In this document: piece after piece, positions 37,564 through 51,677 of the stretch | Numbering within the stretch: position 1 is the first letter of the stretch | Layout: every line of letters starts with the position of its first letter | Assembly (NCBI GenBank): GCA_964016885.1 | Contig: OZ024740.1 | Span: 1,054,001-1,118,000 of the forward strand | Origin: Eledone cirrhosa | Lineage: Eukaryota | Direction: 5' to 3' | Length of the DNA stretch: 64,000 nucleotides | Notes under the pieces: model-generated | What the model saw: only the letters and a program-made list of their open reading frames with translations | Told to the model about the DNA's origin: nothing | Database searches by the model: none | Made by a program: the position numbers and the translations under genes

Positions 37564-40200
37564 GAAATAGTTCATTATATGCCATATTTAATACAGAAAT
37601 GGCTTCTGAAGGACTAGAACTTTTAATTCAAAGGAAATAGTACATTATATGCCATATTTAATAGGGAAATGGCTTCTTAAGAATAAGAACTCTTTGATTC
37701 GTAGTAAATAGTAGTATGAATGCAATATTTAATACAGAAACAGCTTCTAGAAAACTAAAACTCTTTAATTTAAAGAGTATTAGTAGATTATATACAATAT
37801 TTAATATATAAATAGCTTCTACAGGGCTAGAACCCATAAATTCGAAGGAAATAGTAGAGTATACGCATTATTTAATGTAGAAATTGCTTCTACAGGACTA
37901 GAAATTTTAATTCAAAGGAAATAGTACATTATATGCCATATTTAATATGGAAATGGCTTCTTAAGGACTAGAACTCTTCGATTCAAAGGAAATAGTACAG
38001 TATATGCAATATTTAATACAGAAATGGCTTCTAAAGCACTAGAACTCTTTAATATTAAGGAAATAGTACAGTATATGCAATATTTAATATAGAAATGGCT
38101 GTCAAAGGACTAGAACTAATATATTTGGAGGAAATAGTAGTATATATGTAATATTTAATACAGAAATGGCTTCTGAAGCACTAGAACTCTTTAATTTGAA
38201 GGATATTAATAGATTATATGCAATATTTAATACATAAATAGATTCCACAGGGCTAGAACTCATTAGTTCGAAGGAAATAGTAGTGTATATGTAATATTTA
38301 ATACAGAAACGGCTTCCATACGACTAAAACTAATATATTTGGCGGAAATAGTATTATGTATCATCATCATCATTATCATCATTTTACGTCCACTTTTCCC
38401 TGCTTGCAAGGGTGGAACAGGAACTGATTCTGGCTTGATTTCTACAGCTGGATGCCCTTCCTAAAACCAACTTCATTTATAGTGAGTGTGTGCTGGGTGC
38501 TTTTTTTGCCTTGGCACCTCCACAAGCACTTTGCAGTGGAATGATAGGGACCCCAGTCCATCATCTCCTTTCTACAGCTGAGTAAACTGGAGCAATGTGA
38601 AATAAAGTGTCTTGCTTAAGGAAACAACATAACACCCAGTCTGAGAATTGAACTCACAACCTTTCGATTGCTAGCCCAATGTTCTAACCACTAAGCCATG
38701 CAATATTTAATACAGAAATGGCTTCTACAGGACTAGAACTTTTAATTCAAAGGAAATAGTACATTATATGCAATATTTAATACGGAAATGGCTTCTTAAG
38801 AATAAGAACTCTTTAATTTGTAGTAAATAGTTGTATGTATGCAATATTTAATACAGAAATGGCTTCTACAGGATTAAAACTCTTTAATTTGAAGTGCATT
38901 AATAGATTATATGTCATATTTAATAGCTTCTACAGTGCTAGAACTCATTAATTTGAACGAAATAGTAGTGTATATGCAATATTTGATACAGAAATTACTT
39001 CTACAGGGCTGAAACTGGTTAATTTGAAGGGTATTGGTAGAATATATGCCACATTTAATGCAGAAATGGCCTTCAGAAGACTAGAACACCTCAATTCGAA
39101 AGAAATAGTAGAGTATATGCAATATTTAATAAAGAAATGGCTTCTAAAGGAGTAAAATTAATATAATTTGAGGAAATAGTAGTATATATGTCATACTTAA
39201 TAAAGAAATGGCTTCTACAGGACTAAAACTCACTGATTTGAAGGGTATTAGTAGATTATATGCTATACTTAATACGGAAATGGCTTCTAAAGGACTAAAG
39301 CTCATTAATTTGAGGGAAATAGTAGTGTATGTGCAATATTTAATACAGAAATGGCTTCTAAAGGAATAGAACTCTTTGATTCGAAGAGAATAGTATATTA
39401 TATGCAACAATTAATATAGAAATGGTTTCTAAAGGGCTAAAGCTCATTATTTCGAAAGAAATAGTACACTATATGCAATATTTAATACAGAAATGGCTTC
39501 TAAAGGAGTAAAATTAATATAATTTGAGGAAATAGTAGTATATATGTCATACTTAATAAAGAAATGGCTTCTACAGGACTAAAACTCACTGATTTGAAGG
39601 GTATTAGTAGATTATATGCTATACTTAATACGGAAATGGCTTCTAAAGGACTAAAGCTCATTAATTTGAGGGAAATAGTAGTGTATGTGCAATATTTAAT
39701 ACAGAAATGGCTTCTAAAGGAATAGAACTCTTTGATTCGAAGGGAATAGTATATTATATGCAACAATTAATATAGAAATGGTTTCTAAAGGGCTAAAGCT
39801 CATTATTTCGAAAGAAATAGTACACTATATGCAATATTTAATACAGAAATGGCTTCTAAAGGACGAAAACTCATTAATTTGAAGGAGATTAGTAGATTAT
39901 ATGCCATATTTAATACAGAAATGGCTGTCAAGAGACTAGAACGAATATATTTATATATGTGCAATATTTAATACAGAAAAGTCTAGAAAAGGACTAGAAA
40001 TTTTAATTCAAACGAAATAGTACATTATATGCCATATTTAATATGGAAATGGCTTCTTGAGGACAAGAACTTTTTAATTTGTTGTAAATAGTAGTATGAA
40101 AGCAATATTTAATACAGAAAGGGTTTCTACAGGACTAAAACTCTTTAATTTGAAGAGTATTAATAGATTATATACAATATTTAATAAATAAATAGCTTTA
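37563..40200 (+). repeat. 71-bp AT-rich satellite, array 1, including a 356-bp (5-mer) higher-order duplication
   Basis: Unit ATTTAATACAGAAATGGCTTCTAAAGGACTAGAACTCTTTAATTTGAAGGAAATAGTAGTATATATGCAAT. Identical ORF translations at 39144 and 39500 show the 356-bp repeat. Confidence 0.95.
38362..38700 (-). mobile_element. tRNA/CORE-like SINE with RTE-derived tail and (ATG)n end
   Basis: A-box TGGCTTAGTGG, B-box GAGTTCAATTC, CORE-like CCTTAAGCAAGACACTT. The 3' end matches the RTE end at 40960-41005. Duplicated at 60723-61058. Confidence 0.8.
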
Positions 40201-40204
40201 ATGA

Positions 40205-40813
40205 GATTCAATGCTTTAGAAGCCATTTCTGTATTAAATATGGCATATAATCTACTAATACCCTTCAAATTAAAGAGTTCTACTTTTTTATAAGCCATTT
40301 CTTTATTAAATATGACATATATACTACTATTTCCCCCAATTATATTAGTTTTACTCCCTTAGAAGCCATTTCTTTATTAAATATTGCATATAATCTATGA
40401 ATACCCTTCAAATTAATGAGTTTCAGCCCTGTAGAAGCCATTTCTGTATTAAATATTGCATATACACTACCATTTGATTTCAATTAATGAGTTCTAGCCC
40501 TGTAGAAGCTATTTATATATTAAATATTGCATATAATCTACTAATACTCTTCAATTCAAAGAGTTTTAGTCTTGTAAAAGCTATTTCTGTATTAAATATT
40601 GCATACATACTACTATTTACTACAAATTAAAGAGTTATTTTCCTTAAGAAGCCATTTCCATATTATATATGGCATATAATGTACTATTTCCTTCAAATTA
40701 AAAGTTGTAGTCTTTTAGAAGCCATTTCTGTATTAAATATGGCATATAATCTATCTACTAATATCCTTCGAATTACTGAGTTTTCATCCTGTACAAGCCA
40801 TTTCTGTATTAAA
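40205..40813 (-). repeat. 71-bp satellite in inverted orientation
   Basis: Reverse-complement units AGAAGCCATTTCTGTATTAAAT. Confidence 0.93.
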
Positions 40814-40814
40814 T

Positions 40815-41006
40815 GCCAGTTGAAGGAAGACGTGGTAGAGGTAGACCGCGAAAAACATGGGCGGAGGTGGTGAGAACAGACCTCAGATCGTTGAAGCTCA
40901 CGGTGATGACGAAGGACCGTGACGAGTGGAGAGATACTGTGCTGAATAAGACCTGGCCCACCCTTGCAAGCAGGGAAAAGCAGACGTAGAATGATGATGA
41001 TGATGA
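40815..41006 (+). mobile_element. 3' end of an RTE-type LINE
   Basis: Encodes VEGRRGRGRPRKTW..VV..DL....DRDEWR, followed by a short 3' UTR and (ATG)n. Confidence 0.75.
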
Positions 41007-41017
41007 TATATATGTAT

Positions 41018-41048
<31 letters not shown>

Positions 41049-41129
41049 CACATATGTATATATAACATCCATACACACACACACACACATATACACACAC
41101 GTAAATGTATATATATATATATATATATA

Positions 41130-41488
41130 TATAAAGAAAAAGGGATAAAATCGAAAATGCAACTGAAGTCTTATTTTTTTTTTAAATATATATATTTATT
41201 TGGTTCCTTTACCGGTTTCGCAATTCTTCTGCTTTTCAAAAGGTGAGTTGAGATGGAGGGTCTGTGGTTTTTCTCACATCTGATGTGAGAAAAACCACAG
41301 ACCCTCCATCTCAACTCACCTTTTGAAAAGCAGAAGAATTGCGAAACCGGTAAAGGAACCAAATAAATATATATATTTTTTTAAAAAAATAAGACTTCAG
41401 TTGCATTTTCGATTTCATCCCTTTTTCTTTATACTTCCACTCGTGTAGGACACCTCGGTTATTTTTCATTTTGTAAAAAAAACCTCAC

Positions 41489-41494
<6 letters not shown>
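41130..41494 (+). mobile_element. Fold-back element (150-bp arms, 1-nt spacer, one-sided tail) with a degenerate hammerhead
   Basis: Palindrome 41130-41433. CCTT-TTGAAAA-GCA..TGC-GAAA-CCG-GTA-AAGG at 41319-41356. Flanked by (TA)n. Confidence 0.7.
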
Positions 41495-41584
<90 letters not shown>

Positions 41585-41931
41585 GTATATATATATATAC
41601 ACACATATGTATATATAACATCCATACACACTTACGTAAATATATATATATATGTATATATAACATCCATACACACACACACGTATATATATATATATAG
41701 AGAGAGATTACAATAATCAAAGTTCAGTTTAAATCATTTATTTGCTTACAATTGTTTCCTCCAAACTGAGGTTTGGATTCTTCGGAGCAACTATCTAGTG
41801 ATCTATAACATACTTGACCTCCTTTTCAACACAAGAGACATATAAAAACATATGCATATATTGACCCACAGTGGGTTGACATCCATCATAATGATATAGC
41901 ATGGCAATTTACATATAAAGGTTAAAGGATT

Positions 41932-42039
41932 AAAATAAAAATAAAAATAAAAATAAAAATAAAAATAAAAATAAAAATAAAAATAAAAATAAAAATAAAA
42001 ATAAAAATAAAAATAAAAATAAAAATAAAAATAAAAATA

Positions 42040-42068
<29 letters not shown>
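41932..42068. repeat. (AAAAAT)n hexamer repeat
   Basis: Direct reading of the sequence. Confidence 0.95.
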
Positions 42069-42071
<3 letters not shown>

Positions 42072-42527
42072 GCAGTTTATGAAGATAAAGCAAGAGGAAA
42101 GTTTAGAGGAGTCAGTGTATGAAATAGCAGTCACAGCAACATATTCACATATATTTATATATCAGGGATTCCCAACGAGGGGTGCACGCCCCACTGGGGT
42201 TAATTTGAATATAATAGGTGCCAATTTGAAAGTGATATAATACGACCCAACATCCAGTTACACTTCGTCTACACATGTTATCCTGTATCTGGCAGCACCT
42301 ACGAGAAGTTTGTTTAGATTTTGGAGTTTGTTTTTATATTAAAGCGAAACATAAAGATATTTTAGATTGAGGAGGGGCATGGTGCAGAAAGGACACACAC
42401 GTATATATACATATATTTATGGTTATGTGCATGTTTGTGTGTATGTATATATATATATACACTCGCGCACACACACGAATATATATATATATTATATATC
42501 TATATATAAGTTATGTATATATATATG

Positions 42528-42563
<36 letters not shown>

Positions 42564-43019
42564 ACCATATATATATATAAATATATATATCAGTGGACCC
42601 CAACCTTTTCTGCACCATGCCCCTCCTCAATCTAAAATATGTTTATGTTCCCCTTTAATATAAAAACAATCCGAGTTTTGTAAAACTAATAAAAAGTAGA
42701 AATCCTTTAATATACTGGGGCCGATATTAACAAGATAATATATTGGATGTGTTGCTCCAGCATAGCCTTGGTTGATTGAACAACTAAAGCAATAACTAAA
42801 AAAAAAAAACTTTAAAATTATTTTAACGTCTCAAAATCCGAGGTGAAAATTGAACTCACGACCACAGATTATCTGAACATCGGATAAAAATGTATATAAA
42901 TATGAATATATATAAATATATATATATATATTATATATAGCAGCCAATCTCACACACGGACACACACATATATATAGATGTCTGTGTGTGCGGGTGTGTA
43001 AATGTGTGTGTGTTTGGGT

Positions 43020-43215
<196 letters not shown>

Positions 43216-43350
43216 TACGTATATATAACATCCAAACTCACAAATATATGTACACAAAAAAATGTATATAAATATGAATATATATAAATATATATATTAT
43301 ATATAGCAGCCAATCTCACACACATATATATAGATGTCTGTGTTTGGGTG

Positions 43351-43868
<518 letters not shown>

Positions 43869-43940
43869 AATAATATATATATATATATATATATTTATGA
43901 AAATAAAACAAAGAAGCCTTCAATACATCAAAAGTCTTTA

Positions 43941-43983
43941 TTAGCCAACAATGTTTCGTCCTATTAAGGACTCATCAGGGTAA
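43941..43983 (-). ncRNA. Type I hammerhead ribozyme motif
   Basis: Minus strand: UUACC-CUGAUGA-GUCCU(UAAU)AGGAC-GAAA-C(AUU)G-UU-GGCUAA. Confidence 0.7.
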
Positions 43984-44236
43984 TTAAAACTTCAAGAAGC
44001 ACTATCGGCCAATACAAGCCGAAAACTATATATATATATATATATAGTAATAATAATAAATTTGAAGACTAAAATCCAAAGAGGGCTCGATGTGGATAAA
44101 TATATATCAAATATATAAGAACCGTAAAGCAAATATTTATTAGAAAATAACAGATTAAAGTTTAAGCAAAGAATCAGAAGATCCCGTTAAGGGTGAAAGC
44201 AGCGATTCTGGGCTTAAACTTTAATCTGTTATTTTA

Positions 44237-44285
<49 letters not shown>

Positions 44286-44288
<3 letters not shown>

Positions 44289-44644
44289 GATATTAAATAA
44301 ATGGAAACTATATTTATAAAACCATATTTATTTCATTATATATATTTCAGGGATATCATATTAAAAATATGGTATGCCTTCATCAGACAAAATACAATAT
44401 AAACAGTCTTATAAATAGATAGATTTGACATACCTTACAACTTCAACTTCCATTTAAAAAGTTGATTTGGTAGTGAAAAATGTTAGGGACAGTTATAAAA
44501 AGAAAGAAAGAAAGAAAGCGAAGAGAAAGAAGAAATGCATGCATCGAAAAACAGAGAGAGAGAGATATAGAGAAGAAATTCATGTAAAGAAAAAACAGAG
44601 AGAGATAGATAGAGAGAGAAAAAAACACAGAGGGAGATAGATAG

Positions 44645-44676
<32 letters not shown>

Positions 44677-45786
44677 AAAAATAGAGAGCGATAGACATAG
44701 ATAGAGATAGAGAGAAAGAAAATAGGTAGTTGGGCACCAGTTGAATGATGTATCAATGATATATTTATTTATTTATTTATTTATTTAGTTCTAGTATTAA
44801 GGTAGAGAGAGATATATGTGGTTAGGAGAGAAAACAGCCGTTACATAGAGAGAAAAGAAAAATATCCAGAGATAAACGAGGCAGATTTAAAACATTATGT
44901 TTCATCAATCTAAAATTATCAATTCGTATGAATTAGGTATTATAATGTAAATATCAGTATTCATGAATGAGACACGTATCAATAATGTGTGAAAAATAAT
45001 GATCATATGTCTAGTTTAAAATTCCTAGGTTTATAATCAGAACTGAGGTAAAAAAAAATGAGATAAAAAAACTGAGATAAAAAACTTCAAAAAAAATTGA
45101 AATACATAAGTATATATGCACTTTCATGAAAAAAGAAAAAGAAAATAGAAGGTTATCCCAGATTCGATACTATAGACATCCATGTGAATTTACGTGATCA
45201 ACTCTGCAAATTCCTATTTCACATGAAAACATTCTCATTGTGCTATAAAAATTCTAGTATACATATATGTGTACATACACACAAATATATATAGAATCTA
45301 CATTAATTTTAACAATACTATTCTTGTCTTTACTCTACATGATTATCGTTCAAGCATAAATAGACAACAGATATCAATATATCAATAAAAATATTAAAAA
45401 ATTAAAAAATATAAAAAATAAAACACAGTATGCCCCGCAAATCAACCACAGAAATCAACCCTACAAAATTAATTAACAATATATTGCCAAGTTCATTATA
45501 AGCATCAGAATCAAAAGCAAACAAAACCAAAATTATTTACCAAATCCTGTCTAGCAGAAAATCTATCTATTTATAAGACTGTTTATATTGTATTTTGTCT
45601 GATGAAGGCATACCATATTTTTAATATGATATCCCTGAAATATATATAATGAAATAAATATGGTTTTATAAATATAGTTTCCATTTATTTAATATCGTAA
45701 ATATACTCCAAATACTTGTTGAGTGCTTTTATATCAGTTATAAATATTTACTCGTTGTAACCCAACAATTTAAATAAAACTTTGCA
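44286..45786 (+). mobile_element. Element with about 140-bp IRs, each carrying a hammerhead, and an 87-bp one-sided tail
   Basis: IR 44286-44425 versus 45560-45699, tail 45700-45786. Second copy at 52984-54384. Confidence 0.75.
45591..45656 (+). ncRNA. Type I hammerhead ribozyme (mirror copy on - at 44329-44394)
   Basis: Stem I UAUUUUGU/AUGAAAUA, core CUGAUGA, stem II 12 of 14 pairs, GAAA, palindromic stem III (AUAUAU), AUA cleavage triplet ending at 45648. Confidence 0.75.
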
Positions 45787-45816
45787 TATATATATACTAG
45801 ACATGAAAAATGCGCA

Positions 45817-46751
45817 AGCTCAAAAGTGCCACAGAATGTTATAATAAACCTTCAAAAGTGTGGGACTAGAGTTGTTGCTAAAAAATATTGTAATCATTAT
45901 ATATCGTACAGTCTGTGGCATCCTTTATAAAAATAGCTTAAACCAACGAAGCCTTTATTTTTACGCTATTTCACTTAGTTAATTCTTAGAGTGTAACATA
46001 TAAAAATATGATTTACAACTATAAAATAAATAAATTAATATAATAACAGAGCTGCGGAGCTGAAATTTAGGAAATAATGGAGTATCGGATCCTGAGTTGG
46101 AGCCAGTCAATTTTTGGCCGACTCCGCAGCCCTGTATAATACATTTCATATTAAAGTTATTAATAAACCTATTTTACACTGCATGCAAATTACCATGAGA
46201 TATTGATATTAGATATAAGATACAGCGCAATATCTACAGCTGTAAAAGTACGAAAGCGAAGTAATAATAAGTGGCTTAAGGTAATTCCAATATGAAAGTT
46301 TGTAGTGATAAAAATTTGATAATGCAATACGATTGTTAATATTATAGTTCTATGAAAATGTAACAATAGATAACTAAATTATTTTACTATTAGTATATTT
46401 AAGAAATTATCATTATAGATTTGATCGTTCATATAAGCATCATATTAATTTTCAACACAATTATTTTGTTACTATGAGTATATGATAATAATATTACGTA
46501 ATTATTTATAGCTGTTATTACATTAAACATAGATGTATTTATTTTTATATGTTACACTCTAAGAATTAACTAAGTGAAATAGCGTAAAAATAAAGGCTTC
46601 GTTGGTTTAAGCTATTTTTATAAAGGATGCCACAGAATGTACGATATATAATGATTACAATATTTTTTAGCAACAACTCTAGTCCCACACTTTTGAAGGT
46701 TTATTATAACATTCTGTGGCACTTTTGAGCTTGCGCATTTTTCATGTCTAG
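45817..46751. mobile_element. Long-TIR (about 190 bp) MITE/foldback element
   Basis: CTAGACATGAAAAATGCGCAAG... at 45817 is near-perfectly inverted at about 46540-46751. Confidence 0.75.
46027..46134. mobile_element. Small hAT-like MITE nested in the foldback element
   Basis: TIRs CAGAGCTGCGGAG / CTCCGCAGCCCTG with an imperfect 8-bp TATAATA(A/C) duplication. Confidence 0.6.
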
Positions 46752-47944
46752 TTTAATATTTTTTTAAGGCAACGCTTGTAATAACTCTAGTTAAAGAGGA
46801 TATATATTAATAATAAATTATCGTTGTAATGTAATTAGATTATGTAATTGTTATTATAAATTATCTTATAAATATTAGTGTAAGATGTATAAAAATATTT
46901 TCAGACTTTTAATATAAACAACTACAAAAAACAATCAATATTAAATCAATATATTATACATAATAGAAAACATAAAATAAACAATACAAAAACAAAATAT
47001 TTACATACAATTGCAATTATCAGTGTATATACATTTTCTTTATATTCCCTGAGCAAATTAATAAGATTTGTTTTTATTGTACATAATTTGATGACTTGTT
47101 GGAGTGTATTAAAAGATAGCAACAATTTGTGATTAAATTGTTATCTTAAGCAACTCACTTTTTAATAGTTGTTGGCTGAGCGAAATTGTAAAAGCCTATG
47201 AGCAAATATAAAAAAAAATACACAAACAACATTTCCTTGTGTTATTACAACATTAGATAAAATAATTGAGCAATGTCGTTATATTTTGCTCTTATTGCAC
47301 ATTAATAGTGTTTCTATTTTTCGGCACAAATCCATTACGGCAGTCCATTACTGGTACTTTATTTTATCGAATTAGTAAGTATGAAAGTCGAAGTTAACCT
47401 CGGCAGGATTTGAACTTAGAATGCAAAGGACCATAACAATACTGCAAAGCATGGTGTCTGACGCTCTACCAATACTTGTGTTGAGCTGGTCATTAATTTA
47501 TGGTGGTCGTGCGTGGAGTAGAGCAATCGCTAGTTGAAATATTATGAACAAAACATTTTTATTTGCCGAAGAACATATTTTCAATACTGTTTGTGAATGT
47601 GACGAAGGAAATACATTCTGATATGGAACAGTGTACAAAGTGTGTCTGTGAATAACATAATGTTACCTCATGTTGTTGTCAAGACATAATGGATTTCGTA
47701 TATCCAGTTAGAAGATGAAACCTAGCCATCTCGGATTAGTTATATTTCATGCCATGTGTAAACGTGTTTGAGGATAGCAAAATATGCGTGTTTCTTGTCT
47801 GGAAACTTTCTGTTAAACTGATTGGTTTCGTTTTTGGCACTATACAATACTCATCCAACAGATAGCTGTATTGGATCCTTGATTGGTTAATATTTAGGTG
47901 AGGGTGCTTGATGCAGAGTTAGTGCAAAATGGATAAATGAGTGT

Positions 47945-48596
47945 AATAATAATAATGATAATAATAATGAAAATATTGTGTACAATGCTGAGGTGCACTA
48001 CAACTCATCAAAAGTGCATATATAATACATAGGGTAATATAAAAACGTCAGGAAAAAAGAACAGTGCATGAGTCATGATATACACATATGTGCATGTGTA
48101 TGGAAGGGGGACATCAGGTGTAGTTTTGGTGTATTTCGGAATGTATGATGGTTTTAAAGGATGCAGTGTGTCATCAGCTAACAACTGATGCAGGAAGTTT
48201 GTTCCATCCTTCAGCAACTCTGAGCATGAAGAAATATTTCCTAAAGTCATGGGAGCTGTGTTGTTTTCTGACTTTGTAGGCATGTCCACGTGTTAGACAC
48301 ATGGAGATCAAAAAGGTGTTCGGGGTTGTTGTTGGTCGGATGGTTAATAACTTTGTGGGTGTTTACCAAGTCCATTGCCAGAGGGAAGCAAAATATTCAG
48401 GGTATGGTAGGTGTCTGATGGAGGGTATGCGCTTGGTTGCATGTCTCTGAACAGTTTCCAGGAGGTCAATGTTCTGAGCAAGATAGGGGTTCCAGACTGA
48501 TGACGCGAACTCCAAGTGTATTCGTACCATAGATGTATACAGCTTTAAATAGATGGCTGGAGAGCAGCTAATGAAGGTCTTGCTGATTGATGCCAA
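47945..48596 (-). mobile_element. CR1/L2-type LINE 3' fragment
   Basis: LYTSMVRIHLEFASSVWNPY...LLETVQRHATKRI. Confidence 0.7.
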
Positions 48597-48782
48597 GTCA
48601 ATCTTAATAAATTGACTGATTTATCTGTTCACTACTGCTAATCCACCGCTGTTTGTACAATTTTTTAGATAATGTCAATTTGAGCTTGAATCATTGGCGT
48701 AATGAAATTTGAAAAGATTATAAGCAAATCTTTTTTAAAATACACAGACAACATTTAACTGTATCGTTGCAACATTAGATCT

Positions 48783-48962
48783 AATAATTGTTTCTACTTT
48801 AGGCACAAGGCCAGCAATTACCCAGTGCATTACTGGTACTTTATTTTATCTACCCCGTAAGGATGAAAGGCAAAGTCAACCTCGGCAGGATTTGAACTCA
48901 GATCGTAAAGGGACGTAACTATGCTGGAAAGCATGGCATCCGACCCTCTACCAATACTGCCA
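48783..48962 (-). mobile_element. Full-length tRNA-derived SINE
   Basis: A-box TGGCAGTATTGG, B-box GAGTTCAAATCC, ATT tail. Other copies near 4034, 32876, 47300 and 50400. Confidence 0.8.
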
Positions 48963-49689
48963 AAATAATGGAGCAACATTTGTGCAGAATTATTGTTTGT
49001 GCAATAAGATATTTGCAGATCTGTACTCGGTCTGCTCTTTAGCCAACTCGGTACGTTTAGAAGCTCTACGCTCGGCTTGCTTTTGAGATATAATAGCTGA
49101 ATTTGCAGATCTATACTTGGCCTGCTTGTTTGCCAACTCATTCCGTTTTGAACATCTATACTTGGCCTGTTTTTGTGTTAATTTAGCAAAATTCACAGCT
49201 CTATAATCGGCCTGTTTTTGTCTCAACTTCTCCCGATTCCGCATCCGGTAAGCTGCTTTCACATCCAATTTAATACGCCCATCTAGATTATTAGCACAGG
49301 AATGTGAACAAGCTTGTGGGACCGCATCATTGTAAGTATATGAACTGCCTGCAACATCAAGACCCAATTCACAAGTGCAGCGTTGCTCATTCACATCGGC
49401 AGTGGGGACACCAAAATCAGTGACAGGTCTCGATTCACTCGCGAGATACATCACAGCTACACTATATATTTAAACATATATACAGTGATACCTCGCTACT
49501 TGGCGGTTCAACTATCGCGGATTCACGATTTCGCGCATTTTTAGAATATATATATGAACACCTAAAATTTTTCATTAAATCCATTAAAATATTAATAATA
49601 AACACAGTTCTAATCATACGCTATATATATATATATATATATATAAATATAAGTAATTAATACCGTATAAATGGTACAAAGACTGTTTA

Positions 49690-49947
49690 TGTAAAATGTA
49701 TTTCTCAACAGAGTATTGAATACTTAGGAGAAATTCAAAACGAAGAGTGATACAATTTCAAGCAAAGAGTTTAACTAGGTAATGACTTACAAATTTGTTT
49801 CAGTATATAGACAAAGCCTGAAGCGCTAATTATAATAATTAGTTAATAATATTACAAAATATATTAATATTATATTAAATATATACTGAAACAAATTTGT
49901 AAGTCATTACCTAATTAAACTCTTTGCTTGAAATGTTATCATTCTTC

Positions 49948-49951
<4 letters not shown>
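49690..49951. mobile_element. Fold-back element with one-sided tail and degenerate hammerhead
   Basis: IR 49738-49809 versus 49881-49951. CTGAAGC ... GAAA-CAAATTT-GTA with a palindromic stem III. Confidence 0.55.
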
Positions 49952-50046
<95 letters not shown>

Positions 50047-51581
50047 TCTAGTCCTTCGCTCAAGATTAATCTATAAGTTTAGATGTCTGCCTTCGTTTAA
50101 GTAAATATTACAGTAAGATTTTTAATATAAACAACTACAAAAAACAATTAATATTAAAACGAAAAAATTATCAATGATAAAAGAAGCGGATGCAACTTTT
50201 TTTTTTATAAAGTTATATTCCTGTTTCTTTAAAGAACATTTCATTTTTGTTCTATTGTAGGCGAAATAATGCAATGGGGAAGATATAACTTACCAATTAT
50301 GTCTCTAACCGTGTAACGCTTTTTAAGTAGATAACTACAATTGAAAATACTAAAGAAATGGAACCAACAATTCAATTTGAAAGTCGTCTACTTATAGTGA
50401 CAGTGTATTACTGGTACTTTATTTTATCGACCCCGTAACGATGAAATGCAAATGCTTAAAATTTAAATTGCCTTAATTCTATCGTCTGCTGTTTCATTAA
50501 AGGGAGATTCTCGTCTGTATTTAATTCTATCGTCTACTGTTCCACTAAACAGATATACCTCCACTATCGTCTCTATTTATACATTTTAACTTATAACTTA
50601 TACACATTTGATTTGAAATATTTTATCTAGTCCCCGCTCTCAATATTATGATGATTTCTTTCGAATGAAACAGTTCTAGTCCTGTAGAAGCCATTTATAT
50701 ATATAATTGAACTGAGTTAAAAATTCACAATATTTATAATTAAATAAGCTCATATATATATGTGTGTATTTATTGTATTATATATAATGTGTGTATATAC
50801 AGGATGTCCCCCAAAAATATATACACACTTCAACAGCATTCTAATAACTATTGCCTGTACAGGTAATCAAAGTGTCAATCGAATGTTAGTTTCGTGTTTT
50901 AACAGTACAAATTTACAATACACACATAAAACCAGTGTATATACATACATGAGTGTGTATACACATACATGAATGTGTATATACAATATATATGTATATA
51001 TATATAGACACATATATTCACGGTGCAACGGAACATTAAAATATAGATGCGGGAGGGGGGTGTATATATAGGGGCGCTGGGGATAAAGGAGTGTAAAGCG
51101 TGTGTAATTGATATATTGAAGGAGAGGAGCGTGCAGCGATAGAGTAACAAATATATAGAGAGGGGGAGAGATGGTATTGAAGGGGAGGAGTGTAAAGCGA
51201 AAGAGTAAGGGAGATATATATAGAGACGGAACAGATAGAGAGAAACAGGCGTAAGTAACAGTGGAAGAGATATATAGAGAGGGGGAAATGTGTTATTGAA
51301 GGGGAGGAGTGTAAAGCGAAAGCGTAAGATATATATAGAGAGAGGGGGAATAGTATATATATATATATATATCAACACTTACTCTGATTGGTTGAAAATT
51401 AGCCAATGACATACGATCACCACCACCACGGCTATCCCCGAAAAATTTATGAAGATGTTAGGCATATATGTTAGAACACGAAAAGTGAACATTCTGTTGT
51501 TTCACACTTTTCGTGTTCTAACAGATATATATAAAGTAGGACACGCACATGTCTGTATACATGTGTGTGGTGTGTTTGGGT

Positions 51582-51677
<96 letters not shown>

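Noticed and set aside
39144-39766. Two identical 88-aa ORFs
   Set aside because: A product of the 356-bp satellite higher-order repeat.
48783-48962. tRNA gene
   Set aside because: A and B boxes belong to a multicopy SINE head, with no complete cloverleaf.
49483-49542. Intact pogo/Tigger-like transposon (also a Tc1-like end near 50800)
   Set aside because: Only single TIR-like ends were seen, with no partner end or transposase.
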